From assembly GCA_964016885.1 (NCBI GenBank), contig OZ024743.1, positions 172,360,001 to 172,424,000 on the forward strand: a stretch of DNA of 64,000 nucleotides, in the 5' to 3' direction. The notes beneath the pieces are model-generated. The model searched no databases. It was not told where the DNA came from and saw only the letters and a list, made by a program, of their open reading frames with translations. A program made the position numbers and the translations under genes. This document shows, in pieces, positions 37,572-50,750 of the stretch. The first letter of the stretch is position 1. Each line of letters begins with the position of its first letter. This DNA comes from Eledone cirrhosa. Lineage: Eukaryota.

Positions 37572-37899
37572 TTTCATTTACGTTAAACCCCAATGTATCT
37601 ATAAATACCAGTGCCCTGTATTACCTGTATTCTGATGATTTGATCGGGCATGGACTGTAATTAAGGTCCAGTGACGTAACTTCTAACGATCAGTAGCTTT
37701 AGACTCACCTGATCAATGAAACAATTGTTAATACAGTAAATAAACCCTTTTGTACAGCCGACCATTCTTTTACTAATATTACTCCAAGAACCACCTGCCT
37801 AGGAACTTTCTTAAACCGGCAACGCGAGTAAGGAAATTTCTTGTTGAGTCAAACAACGCCGTACGTTAAAACTATCCTCGACACAGAGTACTCACAACC

Positions 37900-38040
37900 T
37901 CTAGCTGGATTACCTAAAACGATACTTTGTTATCCTATATCCTGTTGGAGACGCAGGACATGGCAGCGATAATGATGGACAGAGACCGCTGGAGAGAACT
38001 CGTCCATGGATCTCGGGAATTTTACCCGCCCTAGAAAAAA
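37900..38040 (+). pseudogene. 3' end of an RTE-clade LINE or RTE-tailed SINE
   Basis: ETQDMAAIMMDRDRWRELVHG matches the RTE C-terminal A.DR..WR motif and is followed by an A tail. Confidence 0.55.
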
Positions 38041-38045
38041 AAAGA

Positions 38046-40358
38046 TATATATATAACAAATAGTAGAAAGGAAAAAGGCTTTTTCTGTAGAAAATGTTGA
38101 AGAGATATTTTTGGTGAAATTTTAAAGCATTAATCTATTTACAATACTGGTTTCAGCATTAAATGCATTTTCAATTGCGGATATGCAGAATATTGTTAAG
38201 TTGCCTATTTGTACAAATAGTGGAAAATAATGATAATAACAAAAAAAAAGAGAAAAAAAATATAGAGAGGGGAAGAAAAGTTAATTTTCACATACATGGT
38301 TCTTTAGAGAAGAAAGTCATTTTGTCTGTCCATCCTTCTCTGCTAATGGTTTTGCCACAAAGAAGATTTAGAGTTATTGAAATATTAATTCCACCTCTAG
38401 CAGGAATTTTAGATTTAGCGGGATGGAGAAAATGTTACTACAAAGAGGGGTTCAGAGCCACTGGAGTACCCATTCTATCTTCAGCAGAAGCGTCCAGATT
38501 CAGAGGAATGTAAAGCATTTAGTATTGCACCTGAATGTTTCCATTTGATTATCTTCATGGAGGTCCTCCAGGACTTGCTGATGTGGGTGTTACTATTTGG
38601 TTGCTTGGTCTGAATTATATGGTTCCTGAAATCTTGGAGGAGGATATATTGCTAAAGGGTTAATTTGTCTAGGGTGTTGATTTTAAAGTGTGCCAGCTTT
38701 GGTTTAGTCCGAAGTGGAAGCATTTAGAAGGGGTTCGTATTTGGCAATAAATTGTGATTCCTTGCTAATGCGCTGGATGTAGGACGCGTTGTCTTTGAAT
38801 TTGTAGATGGGAAAATTCTAAAATTGCTTTGTTCATCAGATGCGCGGGTCGCGATGTGTTCACTTAGTGCTATCTTTCTGTATTCCCTATTTTGGTTTGG
38901 GATCTATGGACGGTCATACTTTGTCGGAGGCTGTGTGGGGTCTGTTCTATGTAGTGCTCTCGACAACCTGAGCAGATCAACACTTAGATAAGGTTTACTG
39001 ATGCACATGTGAAATTGCACATAACTGTAAAGTGTTGTCCTTGTTTGAAGTGGAACTCCGATCCCTCTATTAGATTGATTAGATTGATACATATACCACA
39101 GTTGGGTCTTCTGCATTTTTTTACTGTAGGGTTCATTGTGGGGGTCGGCTGGACTTTGGCCTGTGTAAGGATGTTTTTTATTGATTTTGGTTATCTTTTG
39201 CTCTTTAGGATATTGTGTGTTTGGAGGATCTGGTTCATTCTTAGGTCTCTTTTTAGTAAAGGTATGTTCAGGAGGATGGTGTCGAATGTCTCATTGTTAA
39301 GGGGGTTGTGTGTGGAGATGTATGGTAGAGTTTTCAGTTTTGATTGATTCCTTGGTTTGGGGTGTCTAAGTTCCTGGATGTTGAGTTTTAGGGCTCGCTG
39401 GAATCCATTGTTGATTAGGGATGGTGAGTAATTCCTGCTAATAAGTGTGTTCTTTAATTCTTCTAGTCGTATGTACATGTGTATTTATTGTGATACTATT
39501 GTGCAGATCCTTTTGGCTAGGTTGTAGGGAATGCTCATTTTCATGTGTCTAGGGTGGCATGAGCTGAATGGAAGATACTGTTTGGAGTCTGTGGGTTTAT
39601 AGTATATGTCTGTTTCTATTTTGCTGTTGGTTTTCATTCTGGAGGTGATGTTTTCTTATTTCTTTGTGTGTTGCAGGGGCGTCTGCGTAGTTGCTGTGCG
39701 GTTGGGTTAAGAGGTAAGGGTAAGGTGTTGCCGTCTTTTTTTGGTAGGTCATAATCTCAATTACCTCCATCACACAAAGGTCGCAAGAGCACCTTTCACT
39801 TTGATATGGGCGGGTGAACCTTAACACGGACCAGGAGAGTGTATATTCCGTATTGTTTCGTTTCAAGTCCCAGATTTTTTGGCAATGGCGGTTGATTTAC
39901 TCTAAACAGGATCTTTGAATGAATGGGAGTGCACATATACTATTCAAAGTATCCACTATTCAAAGAGTCCCACATAGCAGTCTGCAGCCACAACAACCAT
40001 CCCCTACCTCCTCCTCTTCCTTCCCCCCCCCCCCCTGCTACTTCCCTCTCCAGTCACAACAAAGTCATTAGCAGAGAAGGATGGACAGACAAAATTACTT
40101 TCTTCTCTGAAGGACCATGTATGTGAAAATTAACTTTTCTTCTCCTCTCTATATTTCTTTCTCTTTTTTTTTTTGTTATTATCATTATTTTTCACTATTT
40201 GTACAAATATGCAACTTAACAATATTCTGCATATCCGCAATTGAAAATGCATTTAATGCTGAAACCGGTATTGTAAATAGATTAATGATTTGAAATTTCA
40301 CCAAAAATATCTCTCCAACATTTTCTACAGAGAAAATCTTTTTCCTTTCTACTATTTG

Positions 40359-40365
<7 letters not shown>
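38046..40365 (-). mobile_element. Decayed Neptune-like PLE (RT thumb, CX4CX2C linker, endonuclease; ~38700-39650) bracketed by ~300-bp inverted pLTR copies
   Basis: TDIYYKPTDSKQYLPFSSCHPRH..SIPYNLAKRICTIVS, RLEELK..L..RNY, CRRPNCGIC; 38046-38349 is the reverse complement of 40066-40365. Confidence 0.82.
39740..39915 (-). pseudogene. Nematis-like PLE endonuclease C-terminal fragment
   Basis: IWDLKRNNTEYTLSWSVL...Y....CDLCVME. Confidence 0.65.

Positions 40366-40417
<52 letters not shown>
40360..40417. repeat. (TA)n microsatellite
   Basis: Direct reading. Confidence 0.98.
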
Positions 40418-40419
<2 letters not shown>

Positions 40420-40426
40420 GAAAAAT

Positions 40427-41112
40427 TAGGCATCATAGGTATGTCTTCGCGTTAGAGACAAGATACCTCAGCCTAGGGCGAAACAATAACTAAAGTAAGT
40501 TATTGGGATAAAAAGAAGTGGGTGGAGAAAGAGAAAGACATGTAAACAGACACGATGGGTGAAGCAACGTAAAGAGAGGAAAAAAAGGAAAAATATCAAG
40601 TCAATAATTTATTTCGAACATAAGAACTGGCGAATTTTGACGAGAGGGAAAAGACAGCGTCTTGACCGTACGAGTGTGAGCGAGAAGAAAGACCGCGTAC
40701 AGTACTGGACGATGGAGGAAGTGAGAGAGAGGGTGAGTAGCAGAGAGTGAGTGAGTGAAAGTGCGAGGAAGAGGCTAGCCGAGAGAGTCACTAGCAGAAG
40801 GGGTGAGTGAAAGTAAGAGGGAGAAGAAGAGAGAGAAGGGGTAGAGAGAGAGGATAGCAGCAAGGGAAGAGAAAAAAGACTGGTCACAGCAAAGGGGAAG
40901 CTTATATGAATCAAAATGGCGAGCTGTGTTGTTGCATTAAGTATAGTGAAAATTTAGAAATTAGAGAAGTTAGGATTATCCATCATCAGTTGTCTACTAG
41001 GCATCATAGGTATTTCTTCGCGTTAGAGACAGCATACCTCAGCCTAGGGCGAAACAATAACTAAAGTAAGTAATTGGGATCAAAAGAAATGGGTGGAGAA
41101 AGAGAAAGACAT
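40427..41112. repeat. ~115-bp direct repeats (40427-40542 and 40998-41112) flanking a purine-rich segment
   Basis: taggcatcataggtat.tcttcgcgttagagaca...gagaaagacat occurs twice. Confidence 0.8.
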
Positions 41113-41151
41113 ATATATATATATATATAGGATAACAAAATATCATTTTAG

Positions 41152-41180
41152 GTAATAATAATAATAATAATAATAAAGGA

Positions 41181-41231
<51 letters not shown>

Positions 41232-41234
41232 GGA

Positions 41235-41300
<66 letters not shown>
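41152..41300. repeat. (TAA)n tract with AGGAAA interruptions
   Basis: Direct reading. Confidence 0.95.
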
Positions 41301-44300
41301 GGAAATAAAAATGAAGAGAAAAACAAACGGACGGACAGAGAAGGGAAGGGAAAAACTAAGTCAGACATTCAAACACTACATTACAATGAAACTTATGCTT
41401 ATTCATTTTGGGGGTTTTTTCTGCCTGTTTGTTTGTTTGGGTTCGTCTACAGCGTGGTAATGCCACACAAAATTCACGTGGAGTGACGAAACCACCGGAG
41501 ACAAGTAATTCACCGGTGGTTATGTAACCATACATTCGCCAATCCTCGATAAGAGTGTTTAAATGTCGAACCTAAACAGTTCGAATAACGGTGAAATGGA
41601 GACTAGAATGTCATGTGACAGACTCTCACCCAACAGGTGCTCCCTGGCTCAGCAGCAGGGACCTGGCTGTCAACCAAATACTGCTGGTGTCGGAGGAAGA
41701 AGAAGAAGGAAAGGGACCAGAACCAACTGGACGAAAGAATTGAATAGAACTGTTATGCAATGTTACCTGAAGAGTAACCCCAAGGAGAAAGGCTATAGGA
41801 AAAGGATGCATAACATCTGGAACGAGATTGGTCCATTTAAATTAGATGAACAAAAACTGGCCGGGCAGGCTCGGGTAATAAGAACTAATGGGTGGATAAG
41901 CGAGCTGGAACTGGAGGAACTGGGCAGAGAGATTAGCTTGGAGATGGAGGGTGGAGTATGCCAGGCAAACGAGCCAGTGGGAAATGAAGGTGAAGAGGTC
42001 GAGAGAACTGAGGAACCACCCGAAACACACAATGATCAGAATGCTGAGATAAATAATACCTGGAACAGAGATACGGCCACTGGGGAGATGAATGCTGACG
42101 GTCTAGGACAAGATTTGGTAGATATCCTAATCTTAGTGGTAGATGAATTGAGCAATGATAGTGGGAGACCTATGAACCTAAGATTTGTAGACAGGAAAAT
42201 GTTAAAAGAAACAACAGCTAAGGTAAACAAAGTCATCCCATACCTTGAGGCGAGGAGCCTTCACCAGTGCAACAATATCCTCAAAGCAACAGCAAATACG
42301 GTGAGGAAAGTACTTGGCATAAAAGCGTGAGGAAACAACAGACAAGAAAGAGCAGAGCCTTGGTGGAAGAAACGACTGAGTGGTCAAATCAGGGAAATGA
42401 GAAATGACATTGGAAAGCTTGAGTCCCTACTGAATGGGACACTACAAAACATAGACACTAAAAATAGACTGGAAATAAAGTACAAAACTAGGAGGAAAAA
42501 GCTAAATATTATCATAGAGGAACTAAAGCAACGCATTGTAGCAAAGAGTGCAAAAATCAGGCGATACGAGAGCAGAGTCAGTCAGTATAGATAGAACCGC
42601 ATGTTTGACAACAACCAGAAGATGTTGTTTGGACAGCTTGAAGGGAAAGAAAGAGGCAACGACTTGATCCCTGAGGCGGAACAAACTAAGACATTCTGGA
42701 GAGGAATATGGGAACAGGGTGTTGAATATAATGACCAGGCAGTGTGGATTGAGACAGTACAAAAGGAGATTAGTGAACAGGCGCACCAACATACTGATTT
42801 GATGTCAGGTGAGGTACCAGAGTGGTTGACAAAAGATACCACATTTCTGGTAATGAAAGACCGAACCAAGGGTAATGATGTTAACAACTATAGACCTATC
42901 AGATGCCTGTCAGTAATGTGGAAACTGTTAGCAAGCATTGTGTCTGAGGAAATCTACCATCACCTCCACATATACAACTTGTTACCGGACGAACAGAAAG
43001 GATGCTGAAAGAAGTCACGTGGTACAAAGGACCAGTTATGTATTGATAAGATGGTAATGAGGAATTTCAGACACACTGGTCTTGCCATGGGATGGATAGA
43101 CTACAAAAAGGCATTCGACATGGTACCTCATTCTTGGATAACCAAAAGCCTAGAGATCTTCAAGGTGGCAGATAACATCAGACAGTTGTTGAGCAAAAGT
43201 ATGAAGTCCTGGAAAACAGAGTTAACATCGGGTGGAGAATCCTTGGGAGGCGTGAAGATCAAGAGAGGTATCTTCCAGGGAGATAGTCTGTCACCTCTGT
43301 TGTTTGTCATTGCCCTGATACCCCTGACCATTATACTGTGAAAAGTGAGAGTAGGATACAAGTTGGGAAGAGGAGAGCTTACCATCAACCACCTCCTCTT
43401 CATGGACGATCTTAAACTCTTTGGGAAGAGTGAGAAGGAGTTGGATATACTTGTTGACACTGTCCGTATTTACAGAAATGATATATGTATGGAATTTGTT
43501 AATAATAAGTGTTGTGTCCTAGTGATGGAGAGGGGTAAATTGAGCAGAAGCAACGGAATCCAGGTACCAACAGGTGAGATGATAAAGGAAATTGATACTG
43601 AAGAGGGATACAAATATTTAAGTGTTCTGGAGGCTGATGACATCAAGAACAAAAATATGAAGGAATTGATAAGATCTGAATACATTCGCAGAGTAAGGAG
43701 CGTATTAAAGTCACATCTGAACAGTAGGAATGCCATAAGTGCAGTAAATTCCCGAGCTGTGTCTATTATTAGGTACAGTGCGGGAATGCTGAGATGGAAT
43801 GTTGCTGAACAAAAAGAAATGGATAGGAAGACTAGGAAGCTATTGACTATCTACAACATGTTCCACAAGAGGAGTGATGTCGATAGACTCTACTTAAGGA
43901 GACCTGAAGGTGGAAGAGGTCTTATCAGCATAGAAGACTGTGTTCAGATGGAGAAAAACAACCTACACAAATACGTGACTGATAGTAGGGAGCCAATGCT
44001 CAGAACTCTACTGAAGGAGGGTACAGTAGGCCAGGGGATGTCCAAGGAGGAAATAACATCAAGGAGGAAGAGCAGCCTTAAGGGAAAATCCCTTCATAGT
44101 ACCTTCTTTGAGAAAACTGAATTTAGAGATCCACAGACATGGAACTAGTTGAAAAGAGGAGACCTTAAAAAGGCTACAGAAGGAATGCTAATGGCTGCAC
44201 AAGAGTAGGCCCACAAAACGAAGTGGCTGAAACACCATATTTACAAGGAGGAGGCTAGCCCACTGTGTAGAATCTGTGGAGGGTGAGAGGAGACTGTGGC

Positions 44301-44902
44301 TCACATTGTATCCGAGTGTAAACACCTAGCCCAGACTCACTATAAAGGCTGGAGACATGATGTGATGAGCACTGGCACCTATGCAAAGTAAACAATTTAC
44401 CACATTCTGAGAAGTGGTATGAACATAAGCCAGAGTCGGTGATGGTAAACGATCAGGTGAAGGTGCTATGGGATTTTAGGATACAGACGGACAAAAAACT
44501 GGAACACAATAGACCTGACCTGGTGGTTTTGGACAAGGGAAAAAGATCGTGCCTGATTGTGGATGTAGCCTGCCCATTCGACACGAGAGTGCAAGAGAAG
44601 GAGAGAAAATTAACCGATACCAGGACTTAAAGTGGGAGGTAAAAAGGATTTGGAACTTCCATGAGGTCAAAGTGGTCCCGATTGTCATAGGCGCACTAGG
44701 TACTATCTCAAAGAGTTTCCAAGGATGGTTAAAGAAAATTGGTCCCGTCCCGCTTTTTGGAACACTTCAAAAGGCATGCTTGCTGGGAACAGCAAGAACT
44801 CTACGATACGTCCTGAATATCTGAAGCTGCAGGTAGTGGCTTGATACTCATTTCAACAAACTTTCCAGTTAAATAACATCAATGACTGAGACTCAAAGAG
44901 CA
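41298..44902 (+). mobile_element. Dong subfamily A2 copy, degenerate, with the leader truncated
   Basis: ORF pieces 41563-44824 with FMDD and RLE motifs, many stops and a deletion near 42800; (AAT)n tail. Confidence 0.92.
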
Positions 44903-44914
44903 ATAATAATAATT

Positions 44915-45101
44915 GTTTCTATTTTTAGGCACAAGGCCAGCAATTATCCAGTACATTACTGGTACTTTATTTTATCGACCCCATAAGGATGAAAGGCAAA
45001 GTTAACCTCGGCGGGATTTGAACTCAGATCATAAAGGGACGTAACTCTATGCTTCAAAACATGGTGTCCGACTCTCTACCGATACTGCCAATCCATGGCC
45101 C
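44915..45101 (-). mobile_element. tRNA-derived SINE, tail-to-tail with Dong A2
   Basis: Reverse complement of the 4465 family. Confidence 0.9.
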
Positions 45102-45117
45102 TATAACAATAATAATA

Positions 45118-45148
<31 letters not shown>

Positions 45149-45157
45149 TTGTTGTTA

Positions 45158-46516
45158 TTCCTTGAATCTCAGCCATTGATGTTGGTTAACTGGAAAGTCC
45201 GTTGGATTGAATATCAAGCCACTACCTGCAGCCTCAGATATTCAGGACGTATCGGAGGGTCCTTGCTGTTCCAAGCAGGCATGCCTTTTGAAGCGTTCCA
45301 AAAAGCGTGACGGGGCCGATTTTCTTTAACCATCCCTGGAAACTTTTGGAGATAGTCCCCAGTGCGCCTATGACAATCGGGATCACTTTGACTTCATGGC
45401 AGTTCCAAATCCTTTTCACCTCCCACTTTAGGTCCTGGTATCGGTTAATTTTCTCCCTCTCCTTCTCTTGCACTCTCGTGTCGAACGGGCAGGCCACATC
45501 CACAATCAGACACGATCTTTTTTCTTTGTCCACAACCACCAGGTCAGGTCTATTGTGTTCCAGTTTTTTGTCCGTCTGTATCCTAAAATCCCACAGCACC
45601 TTCACCTGATTGTTCTCCATCACCGCCTCTGGCCTATGCTCATACCATTTCTCAGAATGTGGTAAATTGTTTACTTTGCACAGGTGCCAGTGGATCACCC
45701 TGCCCATCACATCGTGTCTCCAGCCCTTATAGTGGGTCTGGGCTAGGTGTTTACACTCGGACACAATGTGAGCCACATTCTCCTCTCTCTCTCCACAGAT
45801 CCTGCATAGTGGGCTAGCCTCCTCCTTGTAAATATGGTGCTTCAACCACTTCGTTTTGAGGGCCTGCTCCTGCGCAGCCATTAACATTCCTTCTGTAGCC
45901 TTTTTGAGGTCTCCTCTTCTCAACCAGTTCCATGTCTGTGGATCTCTAAATTCAGTTTCTCAAAGAAGGTACTATGAAGGGATTTTCCCTTAAGGCTGCT
46001 CTTCCACCTTGATGTTATTTCCTCCTTGGACATCCCCTGGCCTACTGTCCCCTCCTTCAGTACAGCTCTGAGCATTGGCTCCTTACTATGGGTCACGTAT
46101 TTGTATAGGTTGTCTTTCTCCATCTGAACACAGTCCTCTATGCTGATAAGACCTCTTCCACCCTCAGATCTCCTTAGGTAGAGTCTATCGACATCACTCC
46201 TCTTGTGGAACATGTTGTAGATAGTCAATAGCTTCCTAGTCTTCCTATCCATTTCTTTTTGTTCAGCAACATTCCATCTCAGAATTCCCGCACTGTACCT
46301 AATAATAGACACAGCTCGGGAATTTACTGCGCTTATGGCATTTCTGCTGTTCAGATGTGACTTCAATACGCTCCTTACTCTCCAAATGTATTCAGTTCTT
46401 AACAATTCCTTCATTTTTTTGTTCTTTATGCCATCAGCCTCCAGAACGCCCAAATACTTGTATCCTTCCTCAGAGTCAATTTCCTTTATCATCTCACCTG
46501 TTGGTATCTGGATCCC

Positions 46517-46520
<4 letters not shown>
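45158..46520 (-). mobile_element. 5'-truncated Dong family A copy
   Basis: ORF pieces 45234..45923 and 45920..46492; TTA on both sides. Confidence 0.92.
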
Positions 46521-46564
<44 letters not shown>

Positions 46565-46699
46565 ATTAGGTCACTGATAATAATAGTAGTGGTGGTAATG
46601 GTCGTAGTTGTAATGGTTAGTAGATAGATGCGTAAAATAGTAATGACAGTAACAAAAATAATAACATGAAAAAGGTTAGGGAAGAAGAGATATGGTAGA

Positions 46700-47830
46700 T
46701 GAAATACTGGTCAGTCGTTAGGTTCGCTTGCATCTGAAAGGGTGGGAATACCCCTGTTCAGTGTGGAGGGTTGGGAAACCGTTCGTGTGGTTTTATGTTT
46801 CGATCAAAATCCCGGAGGCGTTTACTCTTCAATTCAGTTATGAGACTGCTATGGTTAGCTGTGGTAGAGTAGGACAGCCGAACTGTTTTTTCTGTTCAGG
46901 ATTTCACGATACCTGTGTCCTGGAGGAAAGCTTTCCTCTAGTTTCTAAAGAAATGTGTTGCTATTTAGTGGTAACTAGTCCCTTATGTGGGGGATTAAAC
47001 CACATATAGTATTTGGAGCAAGAGTGCTTAGGTATTATCAAATCCAGCGATTCAGTTTTTGAATTATCAGTTGTGCAGGGTTTCCTACGGTTGTTTCTGC
47101 TCCTAGAGTTTGTATGCCTATATTGCTGCCAATTCCTAGTGTGGTGAAACTTTCGTCGTCTGGCTGTTTTTTTCGTCATAGCCAGCCCTGTGGAGGGCTG
47201 CGTTATAGTAATCCGCATGCGCGTTGAAGGTGGATTCAGAGGTGGACAGCCTGGAGATTCTACGAGAAGATTTACCAACTATGGAGTTAATGATAGATTC
47301 AGAGTGGTTCGAGTGCTTGTTAAAATAGTTTAGGTTATCATTAACCTTATGAAAGGGTTCATATAAGCCAGAATTAAGGTCTAATGTCACATCTAGAAAG
47401 TTTGCTAATGTAAAATTGTAGTCGAAATTAATTTTAAGACCTTGTCGCTTAGAGAAAGATCTTATAGCTTTCCTTTTATTTCAGGGTGTTGACCGTTGAC
47501 ATTGTTTACGATTGTAAGAGCGTCGTCCCTATATAATCCTCCCTGAAGGTTAACAATTGTGCATGTGATAGTTTCCGACAAGGTTTGAAACCTGGGCTGA
47601 GTCACTAGAACCCATAGTTATTTCAAAATCATTACATTTATCCCTGCGTGTCCTCATTATCAAAGAATCTTACAGAGCGTCTGGCGGCTAAAACTATATC
47701 TACTTTGTCCCTAGTCAAGTTAGAGTTGCGCATAGCAAATATAAGGGCCTTATTAAGAAGGACAGGTCATATAGAGGAGTAGTATTCATCAATATCATAT
47801 TGGATAAATTTTGACAATGTTTTGTACTCT
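46700..47830 (-). pseudogene. Decayed Nematis-like PLE RT
   Basis: FIQYDIDEYYSSI, GGLYRDDALTI, TLDLNSGLYEPFHK..SNH..RRISRLS..YNAAL..GY, WFNPP. Confidence 0.8.
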
Positions 47831-47874
47831 AATTGAATGAACCAACCTTCGCTAATATTGTCCCAAGTTACATA

Positions 47875-49937
47875 CATACATACATAAGCCCTGACAATAA
47901 ACACATTAAAAGTTACAGCAATATGGAAGATATATACATAAGTAATAAGAAATGGTACTATACCTTCAGATTTATACCTGTAATTATTGGGGCACTGGGA
48001 TATGTTAGTTCTGCCTCAGTACAAATCTTGGGATGCTAGGCTTCACAGAAACAACAAGAACATGACTAGTTAAGAAATTACACGCACAATCCATCCATTT
48101 ATGGAACAGTAAAAATATGTAAAACATTCCAAAAATTCTGCATCTATTAACTGCATATACACATGTACATATACAAAGCATGCACATGTACACATATATC
48201 TCAAAAGATCAATATCCACACATACATAAACATCCATACTTGCACACACATGCATGCATGCAGACATGCAGACATGCATACATATCTACCTAGTTGACGT
48301 TGTGTAAATTTCAATGAGAGAATCTTGTGTCTATGTTAGAAATCGAGGAGGACAGAAATACTAAGGAGGACAGAAATACGAACCTAACCCATAATTCTTT
48401 GTGGATGATCTGAAACATACATGGGACGAAGAAAAATATTGACCTGGTTACAGCATTCTCAAAGGATATAGGAATCGAATTTGCCCAAGAGAAATGTTCA
48501 TATATGATTGTAAAGCGGGGAAAAACTACAACACAATCTAGCAACATTTTCATCAATGGCCTAATTGTTTATCGATATCTGACGAAGACTGGTATGGATA
48601 CCTGGGGATACATGAGAACATATCCTATAATGATATTTGTAATAAGGAACGCGTAACTAGTGAATATTACACCCGATTAAGAAAAGTATGGTCATGGGAA
48701 CTCTATGCGCACAATAAAACAGTGGCTCACAGTGTGTTTGCTGTGCCTGTCCTAACACCAACGTTTGGAATACTCGATTGGACGATAGACGAGATCCGAG
48801 CAATTGATGTTAGAGATCATGAGAGTTGGGAAGGAACTCCTTGAAAGATATTAACTGCATGATAATCAAAAACTCACACCAGGGAAGTCGCTCAGCAGTA
48901 TCGTAGTGAATCCATGGATGAAAAACTGCATGTTTATCAGCAAAAAATCATGCATGGATATGTTGCCAGGAAGCTCCAGAGTGAGAGTAATATAGATAAA
49001 CAAAATAGTCATATCTTGGACCAACAACCGCTATATTGACTCCCACTTTGAAGGATACTCTTTTGCAATCCAAGAACAGGAAATCAACACAAAACACCTG
49101 ATTCACAAAAGAGATAGGGATGCAGGCAAAACACCTAGATGTGATAACAAGTGCAGACTCTGCAGAATTAACATCAAAGATGTCACCCATGTCATAAGCA
49201 GCTGTCCAAATATGTCATCGTGGTACTATCTACCTATGAGGCATGATGTAGTGGCCAAAACACTGTACAATGCAATCCGTAGAAAATATAACCCCAATAA
49301 TAAACACATTAAAAGCTACAGCAATGTGGAAGACATACATATACATAATATGAAAGAGTACTCGTGGAATGTTCCAGTAAAAACCCCAATAAAATGCAGG
49401 CATAACAGACCAGATATAATGATATGGGACAGGGAAAAGAAGGCATGCACAGTAGTGCAAGTTAACTGCCCAGCAGATGCCAATATAATATCAAAGATTA
49501 GCGGAAAGGAGATTATCTATGCAGAACTAATGAGAAATCTGCAGATACTCCACCCTGATTATACCTTCAGATTTATGCCTGTAACTATTGGGGCACTGGG
49601 ATATGTTAGTAACTGCCTCAATATAAATCTTGAGAAGCTGGGCTTCACAGAAACAGAAAGAACACAACTAGTTCGGAAATTACAAGTACAATCCATTAAT
49701 GGAACAGTAAAAATATGTAAAACATTCCAAAAGTTCTGCATCTAATAACTGCATATATACTTGTACAAATACAAAGCATATGCACATGCACACATACAAC
49801 TCAAAACATCCACATCCACACATACAATAACATCCATACCTGCACACACATATATGCATGCAGACATGCAGACATATCTACCTTGTTTATGTTGTGTCAA
49901 TTCCAATGATAGAGTCTTGTATCTATGTTAGAAACCG
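47875..49937 (+). mobile_element. Third R4-clade family (C): a 3' fragment (~47875-48350) followed by a degenerate 5'-truncated copy (~48400-49937)
   Basis: CRLCRIN..VTHVISSC, RHDVVAK, RHNRPDIMIWD..VNCP, PVTIGALG; the 3' end and UTR are duplicated. Confidence 0.8.
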
Positions 49938-49938
49938 A

Positions 49939-49970
<32 letters not shown>

Positions 49971-50167
49971 TTATTGGTAAAAATTTGTGAAATTATAAAA
50001 CCAGAAGAACATACATACATAAATACATATAAGCATATATATATATATAGAGAGAAAGCAAAGGGGAGAGAGGGTAAGAGAGAGAGAGAGAGGGGGGGGG
50101 GACAGACAGACAGACAAACAGAGACAGAGAGATTTGGCTATGCAAATGGCAGAAACAAAACTCATTT

Positions 50168-50307
50168 CTGGTATTTTATTTAATCCACCCAGTAAGGATG
50201 AAAGGAAATTTAATCTCGGTGGGATTTGAACTCCGAACGTAAAGGGACGTAAATGCATGCTACAAAGCATGTTGTCCGACACTACTGATATTGCCAATCC
50301 ACTGCTT
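50168..50307 (-). mobile_element. Diverged SINE of the same superfamily
   Basis: gggatttgaactc B box and ggatgaaagg core. Confidence 0.7.
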
Positions 50308-50545
50308 CTATGGACACATTAATGATAAACAAATTTACAGCTCTTAGATAATTGCATTTTAAAGTAATTTTAGCCAATCATAGGCATCCATTTTGGGAAT
50401 AGTAAATGAATGACAATAAAAAATACCATAAGCAAGCACAACATTAACAAGAAAATGAGAAAGAACCACTACACGTTGGTAATAAGTGGTTCTTTATGAT
50501 CTTGTTGTTGTTGAGGTTGTTTATGAAAATTGTTATTATATCAGG

Positions 50546-50750
50546 AAGGCGGCAAATTGGTAGAGTCATTAGAACGTCGGATAGAGTGATTTGTGGTATT
50601 CGTTCCGGCTCTGTACGTTCTAAGTTCTCGTCGATGGCCAGCTTTGCCTTTTTTTCCTTCACGGTCAATAAAATAAAGAGAGATATAGAGGAAGAATCGC
50701 TCCCAGTAATGAACTGTCATTACTGGGAGCGATTCTTCCTCTATTCTTTT
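50546..50750 (+). mobile_element. Diverged SINE containing a fold-back hairpin
   Basis: ggcggcaaattggtagagtc head and ctttgccttt...ggtcaataaaataaag core. Confidence 0.6.

Noticed and set aside
40427-40480. Minus-strand hairpin with TGA...ATGA as a SECIS element
   Set aside because: The GA quartet is out of register with the helix and there is no associated ORF.
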